From the IMG/VR virus record IMGVR_UViG_3300050821_009094, positions 1,544 through 65,543 of that record: a DNA stretch of 64,000 bases. One strand, written 5' to 3'. A model generated the notes under the pieces. That model did not search any database. It saw nothing but the letters and a program-made list of their open reading frames with translations, and was not told the DNA's origin. The translations under genes and the position numbers were made by a program. Of the stretch, positions 27,115 through 36,728 are shown piece by piece. Position 1 is the stretch's first letter. Every line of letters starts with the position of its first letter. The stretch comes from a virus. Taxonomy: Duplodnaviria; Caudoviricetes.

Positions 27115-28037
27115 TAGTATCTCCCGTATGGATTGGTTGCACGACCGGCCCGCGCGTAGTTCGAGTAACCAAGCGCACGACGGTTGAACTGGTCTTCGTA
27201 ATATTTCGCAGCATTGAGATTTTGCAGTTCCTCAAACGCCATCTTAGTAGCAAAGTATGGCACTGCGTCGGTCCAAGGGGCAGGAATTGCTTCAACGCTC
27301 TGATCATCTATGAGGTCAGAAGGAATACAACAGCAGTCAAGTTCAACTTGGTATGATTGACTTGGATATGGATAAAAAAACAAACTGCCTGCTGCACCCT
27401 GACCGAATTGAGAAAAAAACGTAGGAACGTATGAATATTGGTAAGGAAAACTTCGGATTGTCGATTGATATACTGAGAAAGCGTAGCACGGAAGCGAATA
27501 CCGATAATTTGCATAAATGATCGAAGCCGAACGCACAAAATAAATTTCTTTCACGCCGGGAAACGTACTCAAATCGAAATCAGAGAAGTTATATACTTCG
27601 CGAGCCTCCGTTACTTGAGAGATCGGCGTCATGATCGGTGTTGCCGTTGCGCCAGTGCCAGTCGAATCCGTGATCGTCATGATCGGCTGGAAATAGCCAT
27701 AACCACCAAACGCACTGAAGATCGAGACAATCTTACCGCCCGACACAACGCAGGTAGCCGTCGCCTGCGCACCGCCAGGACTCGGCAATTGCCCACTAGG
27801 AAAATCGGGAGGTGTGATCGTTAAGGTCGGCGTCAACGAATAACCCGAACCACCATTCGTCACATTCCAACCAATGATCGACCCAGAAACAGGTGGCACA
27901 GCGCGAATACACTGCGTCCGCATCGCCACTTCACGACGTGCCTGGTTGATGTAGTCAGTGAGGTTACCGACATCGAGGTACTGCTGCTTCTGATCGCGAG
28001 CAAAGCGCTGACATTGAGCGATGTAATTATTGAGCAT
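27114..28037 (-). CDS. head-tail adaptor paralog 2, with GSGY insertion
   Basis: MLNNYIAQCQRF..YINQARREVA..LFFYPYP..AVPYFA. Confidence 0.7.
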   Translation of the reverse strand: MLNNYIAQCQRFARDQKQQYLDVGNLTDYINQARREVAMRTQCIRAVPPVSGSIIGWNVTNGGSGYSLTPTLTITPPDFPSGQLPSPGGAQATATCVVSGGKIVSIFSAFGGYGYFQPIMTITDSTGTGATATPIMTPISQVTEAREVYNFSDFDLSTFPGVKEIYFVRSASIIYANYRYSLPCYAFSVYQSTIRSFPYQYSYVPTFFSQFGQGAAGSLFFYPYPSQSYQVELDCCCIPSDLIDDQSVEAIPAPWTDAVPYFATKMAFEELQNLNAAKYYEDQFNRRALGYSNYARAGRATNPYGRY

Positions 28038-28809
28038 TGCCACTGGCCTGTTGCACTGGACCACCGAAGCGATTGGCTCTGGTTGGATCCTGCGATTGCG
28101 GGAATGCGAAATTGTTCAGGTCAGGATTGGCGAAGTCACGCGCTCGCGCTACGAACTGCTCGTAAAGTGCATAATACTGCTGCGCCTGCTGGACCCGCGT
28201 CGAGGTTTGTGCCGATAGCAGTGCAAGATAAGCAGCAAAGTAAGGCACTGAATCGGACCACAAGTATGGCACAGCCTCGATGTCAGTATCGAGCACCAGT
28301 GCTTGCGGGTAGCACACGCAGTCGCAATTCAACACATAGGCATAATCCGGCAGCGGATCGAGGTAGAAACTGCCACTGAGAATCGTTCCAGCTCCTTCAT
28401 TGGTAATCGCGCCAATACCCGCCGATCCAGCACCATATTGCGCCCACTCGGTCGGCGGGCCACTGGTTGGAACCGGATTGTTAAAGCGCTGGAAGTCGAA
28501 CCATGGCCAGCTCTTGCCCTTGATCCATTTTTGCCCCTGGCCGACGTTGTATTGGATGCGCTGCACGTTGATCGCACCTGCAATGCCGGTCGCAGATGGC
28601 GTGCCGAAGCTGATGCCCGAGAAATTGTAGTTGCGCTGGCCGACTACGGTCGAAATTGTGCCGATCGAGCGAACACAACGGCCCTCGCCAGCCACCTGAC
28701 CGCGCGCTGTGTTGATGTAGCTGGTAATATCCGCGGGAGAATACAGCGAAACTGGAGCGCCGGGATTCTGAAGCAACCGTTGCGTCTGAGTGATGTAGTA
28801 GTTCAACAC
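28027..28809 (-). CDS. head-tail adaptor paralog 1
   Basis: MLNYYITQTQRL..YINTARGQVA..FYLDPLPD..SVPYFA. Confidence 0.7.
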   Translation of the reverse strand: MLNYYITQTQRLLQNPGAPVSLYSPADITSYINTARGQVAGEGRCVRSIGTISTVVGQRNYNFSGISFGTPSATGIAGAINVQRIQYNVGQGQKWIKGKSWPWFDFQRFNNPVPTSGPPTEWAQYGAGSAGIGAITNEGAGTILSGSFYLDPLPDYAYVLNCDCVCYPQALVLDTDIEAVPYLWSDSVPYFAAYLALLSAQTSTRVQQAQQYYALYEQFVARARDFANPDLNNFAFPQSQDPTRANRFGGPVQQASGNAQ

Positions 28810-28834
28810 GGCAAGCTACCTCTGCCGCGTTATA

Positions 28835-29092
28835 TCATGGACCGCGGTAGCGAAGTACAGGGTTGGCGGCAGTCGATCGCTCGGGATCCAGCTCGTACCA
28901 GTGCAGAGACCCGTCCGGCCCCTTGACCAGCATCTGATCGGCAGTCTGCATCGCTTTGGCTTGGCCGCCACCGCCGACCGCGCCGGTCATGATGCTCGAC
29001 GCGCTGAGATCGGGAATGTCATAGATCTTAGTGGTCGATAGGTTTTGTCCACCAACCACCACACCCGTTGCGGCAAGCGAGTATGTCGCCAT
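28835..29092 (-). CDS. small structural-region protein
   Basis: 85 aa ORF directly abutting the upstream gene. Confidence 0.65.
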   Translation of the reverse strand: MATYSLAATGVVVGGQNLSTTKIYDIPDLSASSIMTGAVGGGGQAKAMQTADQMLVKGPDGSLHWYELDPERSTAANPVLRYRGP

Positions 29093-30241
29093 TTACGGCG
29101 CCGGCTGGATGACGGCGATATCCGGCGTGCTACCCATGACAAATGCCACCGTGCCGATCGTACCCGCAGCACCGCTAGTCGGTAGGAAAACCGCCGTGGG
29201 GGCCGCAAGGAACAGGCCACCATCGTAGATCGTGCCGGGAGCTGCCGACGTACCGGCGGCAAACGAGATGTTGACCGGCCGCGGGAACCAAGCCAGATAC
29301 TTGCTTTCCGGTGAACCGGTAATTGAACCCTGCGGCGGCACGCCGCCGACCGCATAAGCTGGCGACCCAGCACCATACCCGATGCCAGCGCCCGACACCG
29401 TAGCAGCCGTGATCGTCTGCATGACGATCGCCGACACCGTGCCGGTCACACCCGCGCCGGCCACCGCCAACGTGATATTGGCCGGTGTGATCGGAACGCC
29501 AGGATTGGTGCAAAACACGGCAGTCAACAAGCCCGAATTGGTCAAGCTGAACGCCACCGTGGCAAGCGTGATGCCGGTCGCGAGGTTCGGATCGGTCGGA
29601 ACCGGGAGCAAAGCGAAGTTCGCAGGCGCACTCGGGTAACCGGCGCCCTGGTTGGTGAAGGTCACACCGGTCAGAACCACCGTGCCGCTGGCGATGCCCA
29701 CATAAGCGCTTGCCGCTACGCCGCCAACGCCGTTCGCGTTGTTCGAGGGGCCGGGAGGGGCCGGGATGAGAACCAGCGGAGCCACCCCGTAACCACCACC
29801 AACCGATGCGACCGAGCCGCCGGTAAAGGCAAGTGCGCCGCCGACGATCGGCTGCCAGGTCGAGGTGCCGCCTGTTGCGGTAACCGTGGTCGTGGATTGG
29901 ACGTAGCTCGCGCCCTGACTGGTGATGAACGCGCCGACCGGGCAGCCGGTCAGATTGGCGATGCGGACGTTGAATCCATCGCTTTTGACGAACTGAAGCC
30001 CGCGGTTGTAAGCGGCGCCAGAACCGAACGCCCAGAGATTAGTAATCGGATCCCGGTACTGCAACACCAGATAGCCGCCCATGCCGACGAACCAGTCGCC
30101 GGCCGGAATGACGATGTTCTCGCCCGGCGCAAGGCAGACCTTGTTGGTCGCGAAGTCGTAGGGCGCGTTGTTCAGTTCGGAGGGATAAAGGTTAACGGGC
30201 GGGGGCAAGCCTAGCCCAGGCCCACTGAGCGGCGAATTCAT
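29093..30241 (-). CDS. capsid decoration/structural protein with GxGY repeats
   Basis: follows the MCP; QGASY, GGGY, QGAGY and GIGY repeats. Confidence 0.65.
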   Translation of the reverse strand: MNSPLSGPGLGLPPPVNLYPSELNNAPYDFATNKVCLAPGENIVIPAGDWFVGMGGYLVLQYRDPITNLWAFGSGAAYNRGLQFVKSDGFNVRIANLTGCPVGAFITSQGASYVQSTTTVTATGGTSTWQPIVGGALAFTGGSVASVGGGYGVAPLVLIPAPPGPSNNANGVGGVAASAYVGIASGTVVLTGVTFTNQGAGYPSAPANFALLPVPTDPNLATGITLATVAFSLTNSGLLTAVFCTNPGVPITPANITLAVAGAGVTGTVSAIVMQTITAATVSGAGIGYGAGSPAYAVGGVPPQGSITGSPESKYLAWFPRPVNISFAAGTSAAPGTIYDGGLFLAAPTAVFLPTSGAAGTIGTVAFVMGSTPDIAVIQPAP

Positions 30242-30298
30242 ACCTTTACCTCATCCTCTTGGTGTGGTACATTTGTACTGATCATAGAGGTACACTCC

Positions 30299-30994
30299 AT
30301 GAGCAACGTTGAACGGCATTCGCTTGGACAAGCGAAAGAAGGTACTTGCAAGTGCGGAGCCGTTTTTCAAAAGAAACGGTTTGACCAGATATTCTGCTCG
30401 CCAGATTGTCTACGGGAAGACAAAAAGCAAAAACGGCGTGTACCTTGGGAATTGCGTGCTGACCGTGAGCAACGTAATAAGGAGCGTAGCGAACGGTACT
30501 ACGCAAATCGAGAAGCACATCTCGCAAAGCTGCGAGAATGGCGCAAAGCAAACCAAGAAGAAGCACGAGCGAGAGACCGAGCAACGTATCATAGAAATAA
30601 AGCAAGCCGAGCGATAGCAGCAAAAAAATACCGAGCAAAATATCCAAGAAAGCGAACTGAGGAATACAAAAAAGCGCGACAACGCCGGCCGTGGATGATG
30701 GCCTTAACAAACGCAAAACATAGATCGACGAAAAAGAGCTGGGCATTTGATCTCACGAGAGAATGGTGCGAACAAAACTGGACCGGTCACTGCGCTGTCA
30801 GCGGCCTACCGTTCGTTTTTGGCACTCAAACCCATTTTCCTTTCTCTCCTAGCATTGACCGTATTGACAGTACGAAGGGCTACACTCAAGGCAACTGCCG
30901 TTTCGTACTATTTGCCATAAACTCCTTCAGAGGTACAGGCACCGATCAAGACATGCTCCACATTGCCCGTGCCATTATCCAATACAACCAGTAG
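30299..30994 (+). CDS. HNH-like homing endonuclease, antisense insertion
   Basis: C-terminal CAVSGLPF..PSIDRIDSTKGYTQGNCRFV..IN; N-terminal Cys cluster FCSPDC; basic linker. Confidence 0.8.
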   Translation: MSNVERHSLGQAKEGTCKCGAVFQKKRFDQIFCSPDCLREDKKQKRRVPWELRADREQRNKERSERYYANREAHLAKLREWRKANQEEARARDRATYHRNKASRAIAAKKYRAKYPRKRTEEYKKARQRRPWMMALTNAKHRSTKKSWAFDLTREWCEQNWTGHCAVSGLPFVFGTQTHFPFSPSIDRIDSTKGYTQGNCRFVLFAINSFRGTGTDQDMLHIARAIIQYNQ

Positions 30995-30995
30995 T

Positions 30996-32036
30996 TTAAA
31001 ACTGATTATTTTGGATATTATAGATATGTGCCCCGGATACCGACTTAGCCGTCACCACATCGTAACCGACAACCACGACACCTTGCTGGCCGATTTGCCC
31101 CAAGGGCACCAGCGAGTAGAACCCGCTGAAGTCAAACGCAGCATCTTCAGACAAGTACATAGCGGTGTACTTGGTGTTGACGGCGTAGGCGTGATTGGTT
31201 GGACAGAAGTGATCCTGGAAGATCGGAATACCCGAGACATTGAGGTTCGGGAAGCTCGACCGCACCGCGGTGTCCATCGTGTAGGTCATGCCAGGATTGA
31301 CGTAGATATTCTCAGTCCCGATGAACGAGAGGTTCAGCGTCGCGTAGTCGCCGGGCGACATGACGATGAAGCTCGGAGCCTCGCCGCCGGCGGCATTGGT
31401 GATGTACGACAACATTGTCGCCATGTTCTGACGGGTGAAGCCCGACGAGAACGAGAACAGCGCCGCATTGTTGGTGTTGATGTACTGACCCTTGAACGCC
31501 GAATTACCCTGGGCGTTGCGGTTGATGCCGCCGTAATTCGGTACGTTGGTGCCGTCGTCAAACGCATTGTAAAAGCTGTCGGGATAAAGCGCGTTCGCCG
31601 TGTTGTTGGTGAAGAACAAGTTGGCGAAATTCTGTTTGGTCACCGCCGCGACGTCGTTCATGCGAGCTTTGAGCAGGCTGATCTCGCGGTCGGTCGCCTG
31701 GATAATCGTCTCGCCGAAAGGCAGCGGAACCGGCACAACCCAGTACGCCAGATTCCATTGGCCGTTCTGGATCGCCGGAATGATCTGCGGTGAGTTGAAG
31801 CCGCCGCCATAGCCGGTGAACTGGCCCTGCACCATCGACTGGCCCTGCAAGGGCACAGTGATCTGGTTGAGGCCGCCCGCCGCTTTCTGCGCATTGCCCA
31901 TCATGTAGAACAGCGTGGGCGAGCCGAAGTAGATTTGTACAAAGAGACGCGGCACGAACGTGCGCCGTGTGGTCGAAGCCAGCTCGGTGTAAAGACTGCC
32001 GGCTGCCGGCGCAACGCCAATACCTGGAAGGGGCAC
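30996..32036 (-). CDS. major capsid protein
   Basis: 346 aa, strong codon bias, AGGAG RBS, follows the scaffold; YGGINR and GIPIFQDHFCP HK97-like motifs. Confidence 0.85.
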   Translation of the reverse strand: MPLPGIGVAPAAGSLYTELASTTRRTFVPRLFVQIYFGSPTLFYMMGNAQKAAGGLNQITVPLQGQSMVQGQFTGYGGGFNSPQIIPAIQNGQWNLAYWVVPVPLPFGETIIQATDREISLLKARMNDVAAVTKQNFANLFFTNNTANALYPDSFYNAFDDGTNVPNYGGINRNAQGNSAFKGQYINTNNAALFSFSSGFTRQNMATMLSYITNAAGGEAPSFIVMSPGDYATLNLSFIGTENIYVNPGMTYTMDTAVRSSFPNLNVSGIPIFQDHFCPTNHAYAVNTKYTAMYLSEDAAFDFSGFYSLVPLGQIGQQGVVVVGYDVVTAKSVSGAHIYNIQNNQF

Positions 32037-32051
32037 GGTTGGAACTCCTTA

Positions 32052-32651
32052 TTAGCGTCGATTGTTGCCGCGGAAATCGTTCAGCGATTTCATCGCCTGA
32101 TTCATGACAAGCGATTCACTGTCACCACGAGTCTCCAAAAGCTTCTTGGTGTAGTCCTCGTCTTCCTTCGCCGGCGTGGTGAAGTCCCAGCCGCCGATGT
32201 GACTGGAAGGCGTGGCCGGAGCGACCTGCGAACCGTGCAATTTCTCATACACGGCCGCGGCGTGAACCGGATCGAGGATGCCTTCCTTTTCGCGGAATTC
32301 GTCGAGCGCCTTGAGACCGTCTGCCGTCCAGCCCTCGGAGAGCAGCTTCGAATTGCCCCGCTCAACTTTCGCAGCGAGCGCGGATAGCTTCTCGTTCTTC
32401 TCGCGCTCGGCATCTTTCTCCGCGAGCGACTTCTTCAGCTCGGCGATCTCGCCGTGAAGCTTCTCGATCGGCTCGTTCACCTGTTTGTGAGCGTCAAGCC
32501 GCGGCGTCGGCGCGTCCGGCTCGACGAGCTTGCGCGCCTTCTCAATCAGAAGCGAAGCCTCGGGATGAGCCATCAGCTTGCGAACGGCGGCAATGGTCTG
32601 CTGGCCGTTGGCAAATTCGGTTTCGTCAACCTCGATGACCTTGGCCATCAC
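32052..32651 (-). CDS. putative scaffolding protein
   Basis: charged coiled-coil immediately upstream of the MCP. Confidence 0.65.
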   Translation of the reverse strand: MMAKVIEVDETEFANGQQTIAAVRKLMAHPEASLLIEKARKLVEPDAPTPRLDAHKQVNEPIEKLHGEIAELKKSLAEKDAEREKNEKLSALAAKVERGNSKLLSEGWTADGLKALDEFREKEGILDPVHAAAVYEKLHGSQVAPATPSSHIGGWDFTTPAKEDEDYTKKLLETRGDSESLVMNQAMKSLNDFRGNNRR

Positions 32652-32833
32652 TTGCCGCCCACGGTCGAGCCAGCGTTCGGAACGTGGCTGAGGGTCAGCG
32701 CGCCGGACTTGTCAGTAGCCGGCAGATGGCTTTTCCGGCCGCCAATCTCGTTCACGTCGAGATCGACGCGAATGGTCTGGTCGTCGGCCTTCATCGGCAC
32801 GGTCTTGGCCGGATTCTGGAAGATATTAACCAT
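32648..32833 (-). CDS. small hypothetical protein
   Basis: AGGAG RBS; MVNIFQNPAK... Confidence 0.65.
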   Translation of the reverse strand: MVNIFQNPAKTVPMKADDQTIRVDLDVNEIGGRKSHLPATDKSGALTLSHVPNAGSTVGGK

Positions 32834-33009
32834 CACGATTCTCCTGATTTTCTGCGAACCGCCCCGCGCTGAATATTCTGAACATCCATCTCGGATGTCT
32901 TCTTCAAGCCCGGAAGGTGCTGCGCTGCGGAATGATCGATCGTTGCGCTGACGACGCTATCGGTCGAAAGCACGATCCCCGGAGCCACCTCGGTTTTGAA
33001 GATACTCAT
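32833..33009 (-). CDS. 58-aa hypothetical protein
   Basis: MSIFKTEVAPGIVLSTDSVV...; overlaps both neighbours; absent from the ORF track. Confidence 0.6.
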   Translation of the reverse strand: MSIFKTEVAPGIVLSTDSVVSATIDHSAAQHLPGLKKTSEMDVQNIQRGAVRRKSGES

Positions 33010-33392
33010 GCGGCCTTCGGTTGCTGCTGCGCCCCGGCGCCCGGTTGGCCCTGCATCTGCATTTGCTTGAGCGCCTGCATCTGCTGATTGTTCTGTCCCT
33101 GCTTCATCGCCGTGGCTTCGAGCTGGTTGCGGTTGGCAGCCGGCGTCATCGTGCCAGGCGGTACGAACTTGGCCAGTTTCTTGATCATGTCGAGAATGGC
33201 TTGTCCCGGTTCGGAACTGGCGCCGACCAGCGGGAGTGCATCGGTGAGACTCTGGAGAGCAACCCCCAGCTTCTGCAGTCCGGCAGCCTCATGGCCACGG
33301 TTCGGCGACGGCGACACGGCCGGCGTCGATCCGAAAGGTGCTTGTGGTTGCTGCGGTTGACCGGGAACAGAAGCGGGGGTGCCTTCAGGCAT
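33006..33392 (-). CDS. Pro/Gln-rich head-region protein
   Basis: 128 aa, located between portal and scaffold. Confidence 0.7.
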   Translation of the reverse strand: MPEGTPASVPGQPQQPQAPFGSTPAVSPSPNRGHEAAGLQKLGVALQSLTDALPLVGASSEPGQAILDMIKKLAKFVPPGTMTPAANRNQLEATAMKQGQNNQQMQALKQMQMQGQPGAGAQQQPKAA

Positions 33393-33396
33393 GGGC

Positions 33397-33441
33397 TTAC
33401 TTGCGGCCCTTGCGATGCTTGCGACGAGATCGGGTAAACAT
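33397..33441 (-). CDS. 14-aa basic peptide MFTRSRRKHRKGRK
   Basis: AAAGGGA RBS, ATG...TAA ending 4 nt before the next ATG. Confidence 0.55.
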   Translation of the reverse strand: MFTRSRRKHRKGRK

Positions 33442-33578
33442 GTGCGTCCCTTTCAAGGTTGCATCAATCAGGCCCACCATAGGCACCGATGCGCCACCTT
33501 AAGGGCGACCCTCTTGCCAAAGCCATCGTTTGAAACTATCGTGCTTCATACGCTTTTATCGATAATTCAAGGCGCCTC

Positions 33579-33785
33579 ATGGCCAATATGGATTCGAACG
33601 CATTCCTATCTGTCAAGGAAGCTGCGAGTTACCTGCGCATCCATGCCAACACTTTCTATATTTGGATGCGCAAAAAGGATGGACCACCGGTCATAAAATT
33701 ACGCCGGTCACGCGCCAGAATCCCGAAAGAAGAATTCTTGAAATGGGTGGACGGCCAACGACTCAGGAGCAAAAAACGTGCATAG
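33579..33785 (+). CDS. excisionase-type helix-turn-helix DNA-binding protein
   Basis: FLSVKEAASYLRIHANTFY...GPP.IKL...RIPKEEFLKW. Confidence 0.85.
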   Translation: MANMDSNAFLSVKEAASYLRIHANTFYIWMRKKDGPPVIKLRRSRARIPKEEFLKWVDGQRLRSKKRA

Positions 33786-34116
33786 CATCACCGTCATCGT
33801 CGGCCCCGCCTCGCTCCGCTTCCTGTTCAGAACCAAAGAAAAAGCGGAAGTCTTCAAAAACTTCAAAACCGATCATCCAACGCAAGATCTCCATATCGAT
33901 GATGATTTCGGTCAGCACGCCGAGTTCAAGGCGCTGTCAATCCACGGCATCCTCATCGAGGACATGGACCAGTCAAAGCTGGCAGCAGTCGAGTTGATGT
34001 TGCACAACACCAGAATTCAGAACACCGCCCAGCACCGCGCCCAGAGCGATCCGGGCATTGCCAGAACTGGCCCAAGAGTGCTCAGCCCGATCCCTGGCGG
34101 CATGAACGGCAGCTAG
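33778..34116 (+). CDS. hypothetical protein
   Basis: coupled to the HTH gene; stop overlaps the portal stop. Confidence 0.7.
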   Translation: MHSITVIVGPASLRFLFRTKEKAEVFKNFKTDHPTQDLHIDDDFGQHAEFKALSIHGILIEDMDQSKLAAVELMLHNTRIQNTAQHRAQSDPGIARTGPRVLSPIPGGMNGS

Positions 34117-35870
34117 TGGTGGCCGTGGCCGCCCTTGCTTATTGACTTGATCGCCGCTTCAGGGTCGATCTTAAGAAGCTGCTCAAACATCTGCTTCTCC
34201 CCTTCTTGTTTCTTTCGGAACGCCTGAATCGCGGTTTCCTTGTTGGGAGCATCCGTGTTGTTGATGACGTATTCTCCATCGACAATGCCTCGTCCGTTAA
34301 GCGCGAGCACCAGTTGAGCATTCTCGTCGGCGAAGATCGGCGACGACGAGTGACTGTCAACGGTAACGCGCCAGTCATCCGGCAAATCTGAAAGCAAAAA
34401 CTTCGTCTTCTCGATATCCTCGATCGGATTGTCGGCCTTAGTCCAATAGAACCGCTCGTCCTTCAGCTCCATCAGCGTCAAGGTGAGATCGGCAGCGGCA
34501 GCGCATTGCTGTTCGACCAGCAGCGAGCGGTCACGCAAGTCCGGGGATGCGGTTTTCATCAGCGTATTGGCGTGTGAACCAGCCCGCACCCCCGGTTCCC
34601 CCTGGCCTTGCATGATTGGCGGGAAACCGAGGATAACGTTGACCGTTTCCATCAACCATTTCACCATCGGCAGCAATTGTTCCGGGAATTTTGGTGTTAA
34701 ATCGCTAATCGTCGAGCCTTGAGCCAGATTAGCATACCCGGCCATGCGCGCCTGGGCATAAAGCTCATCGGTCATGCTATTTTCACCGATAAACCCGAGG
34801 AATTTGTCGATCTGCAAACCAACCAAACGCTTGGCATCGTCGCACCACGTTGCCAGAAGCTGCTGTGGCTCAATCACATCGACCAACTCCGAACGGCCCC
34901 AGATCCAATCGGTCGTTTCGTTGGGCTGAATGATGCGATAAGGCTGCAAACGGCTGTTCGCGCCAAGCGCATTCTGCTTTTTCATCATGATATCGCGCTT
35001 CTCGACGCGACTGAACAGCGGCGTGATGAGAACATCTGGCATGATCATCTGAATCGTGGTGTAATCATGCTCGTCCTGCACCCACAATTCATGGAACTCG
35101 ACCACTTCAGCAGCAATAGTCGGACCCATCAGCGCATAATTAGGGTCGCTGTTGAGCTGAACAATGCCGCCGGGCACCGGGCTAACCATTCCCTGTACGC
35201 CGGTATTCAATTGCGAGGTTGAAAGCACTTGATGAAAGAAGCTGTTTGGTTCGGATCCGGCACTGCCAAGCGCCGCGTGTGATTTGATTCGATCAAACAG
35301 CTTCTCAGCGTTCGGAAATTTCCAAATCTTCTGCCATACTTCCGGCAAGGTAAGCGAAGTTGTCTCACAGATGATCGGCTGCTCGTCGAGAGCACGATCC
35401 TCGCGGTACACGCCCATGTTCCACGGCATCACCAGCCGATCTCTCAGCATCAGATGATCGTCGGAATCCCGCTCGGTCCATTGCTTGAGGAAGGCAGCGC
35501 CGTATTTCAACGATTCGAACGCGCCGCGGCCAAACGTATTGCCGGTGCCATTGCGCTCCCAGTTCAAGGTGAGCTGCTTTGCCACCTCCTGGCCACGCTG
35601 GTAGGTCGTCGGCGCCTGTGGGTGGTCGAAGCTCATGGCGAACTTCAACTCGACCGGGCTGAAAAGGTGTGCCGCCGTCCGCTTCAAGGACGGATTCATC
35701 ATGTTTACCAGCGCTTTGGTGCCGTCATACTTGCCGGTCTCGGCGATGGCGTTGAGGATGCGGTAGTACGACTTGCGCATCCCGACACTGACACGACAAA
35801 TCTCGATCCACTCATTGACTTGGGTGATGAGCTTTTCATGGTCGGAGGGAATACCGCCGGGCAGGATCAT
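34113..35870 (-). CDS. portal protein
   Basis: 585 aa, helical, between terminase and head genes; QGQGEPGVR motif. Confidence 0.8.
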   Translation of the reverse strand: MILPGGIPSDHEKLITQVNEWIEICRVSVGMRKSYYRILNAIAETGKYDGTKALVNMMNPSLKRTAAHLFSPVELKFAMSFDHPQAPTTYQRGQEVAKQLTLNWERNGTGNTFGRGAFESLKYGAAFLKQWTERDSDDHLMLRDRLVMPWNMGVYREDRALDEQPIICETTSLTLPEVWQKIWKFPNAEKLFDRIKSHAALGSAGSEPNSFFHQVLSTSQLNTGVQGMVSPVPGGIVQLNSDPNYALMGPTIAAEVVEFHELWVQDEHDYTTIQMIMPDVLITPLFSRVEKRDIMMKKQNALGANSRLQPYRIIQPNETTDWIWGRSELVDVIEPQQLLATWCDDAKRLVGLQIDKFLGFIGENSMTDELYAQARMAGYANLAQGSTISDLTPKFPEQLLPMVKWLMETVNVILGFPPIMQGQGEPGVRAGSHANTLMKTASPDLRDRSLLVEQQCAAAADLTLTLMELKDERFYWTKADNPIEDIEKTKFLLSDLPDDWRVTVDSHSSSPIFADENAQLVLALNGRGIVDGEYVINNTDAPNKETAIQAFRKKQEGEKQMFEQLLKIDPEAAIKSISKGGHGHH

Positions 35871-36481
35871 GCGCGAGACCTATACCCCGGCTGTTGCGTT
35901 TCCAACGCGGGCATGTCGCTCGTTGCCGAGCCATGACTTAGTTGTTCATGATGCTGGTGCAAAACTTTGCGCATCCGCGCGCCTGCACTTGGCTCAAGCC
36001 CGTTCACGAGCGGGCGGCCATTCAACTCGATGGCGCCCGTCATAATGTTTGGACCAAACTGACTCGCATCTGCTCCAAAACCAACACTACCACCCCGCGA
36101 CTTTATGTAATCCATTTGGCGAGTAACATCGTTAACCACCGGCATCGCCGCCACTTCCCCCGATCGAGTATTATCACGCAGGTTCGTCACCTTGAGATGT
36201 GACATTTCGGAAACGGGAACACCTGCCATCTCGGCAGCAAGTTGCGCGCGGATCTCCGACGACCTTTCAAGCTCGCGATAAACGCCGTCATTTGCCTTCA
36301 TGACATGGCTGCGCAGGAATGGCGCGGCAATCACGATCTCGCCGTTCTCGTCCACCTCGGGATCGCGCTTCTTTGCCACATAGCCGCAACCCTTGAGCGG
36401 ACAGCGCTCGGGCAAATCGATGGCAGGATCCCAAGGGAAAGGTTTGCGGCAGCCGGGACAGCGGATCTGGAATCTAGCCAT
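35867..36481 (-). CDS. zinc-ribbon (FmdB-like) protein
   Basis: N-terminal CPGC...CPLKGC; typical neighbour of terminase and portal. Confidence 0.7.
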   Translation of the reverse strand: MARFQIRCPGCRKPFPWDPAIDLPERCPLKGCGYVAKKRDPEVDENGEIVIAAPFLRSHVMKANDGVYRELERSSEIRAQLAAEMAGVPVSEMSHLKVTNLRDNTRSGEVAAMPVVNDVTRQMDYIKSRGGSVGFGADASQFGPNIMTGAIELNGRPLVNGLEPSAGARMRKVLHQHHEQLSHGSATSDMPALETQQPGYRSRA

Positions 36482-36728
36482 CCTGCAAACTCAAATATTC
36501 CTGCTGCATTTCCATTTGTGTTACTGCAAGCTTGCCAATGGCATCAATATAGCCAAACGACCCAACCCACTTGTTAAGCCAATGCTTATCAGGATCTGTA
36601 AATACCATGACAAGTCCGGTTAACCGCCCGGCTTCTGCTTCTACCAACGCATTGCGTAGCAATTCCACAACCTTATCCTGATCGGTCGGTTCTGCTTTAC
36701 GCTTATCTGCCAAAGAGACAACGGTCAT
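36474..36728 (-). CDS. hypothetical protein
   Basis: MTVVSLADKRK start overlaps the terminase stop. Confidence 0.65.
   Translation of the reverse strand: MTVVSLADKRKAEPTDQDKVVELLRNALVEAEAGRLTGLVMVFTDPDKHWLNKWVGSFGYIDAIGKLAVTQMEMQQEYLSLQDG

Noticed and set aside
33579-33785. Excisionase as evidence of an integrated prophage
   Set aside because: No integrase, att site or flanking host genes are visible, and this HTH fold has many other roles.
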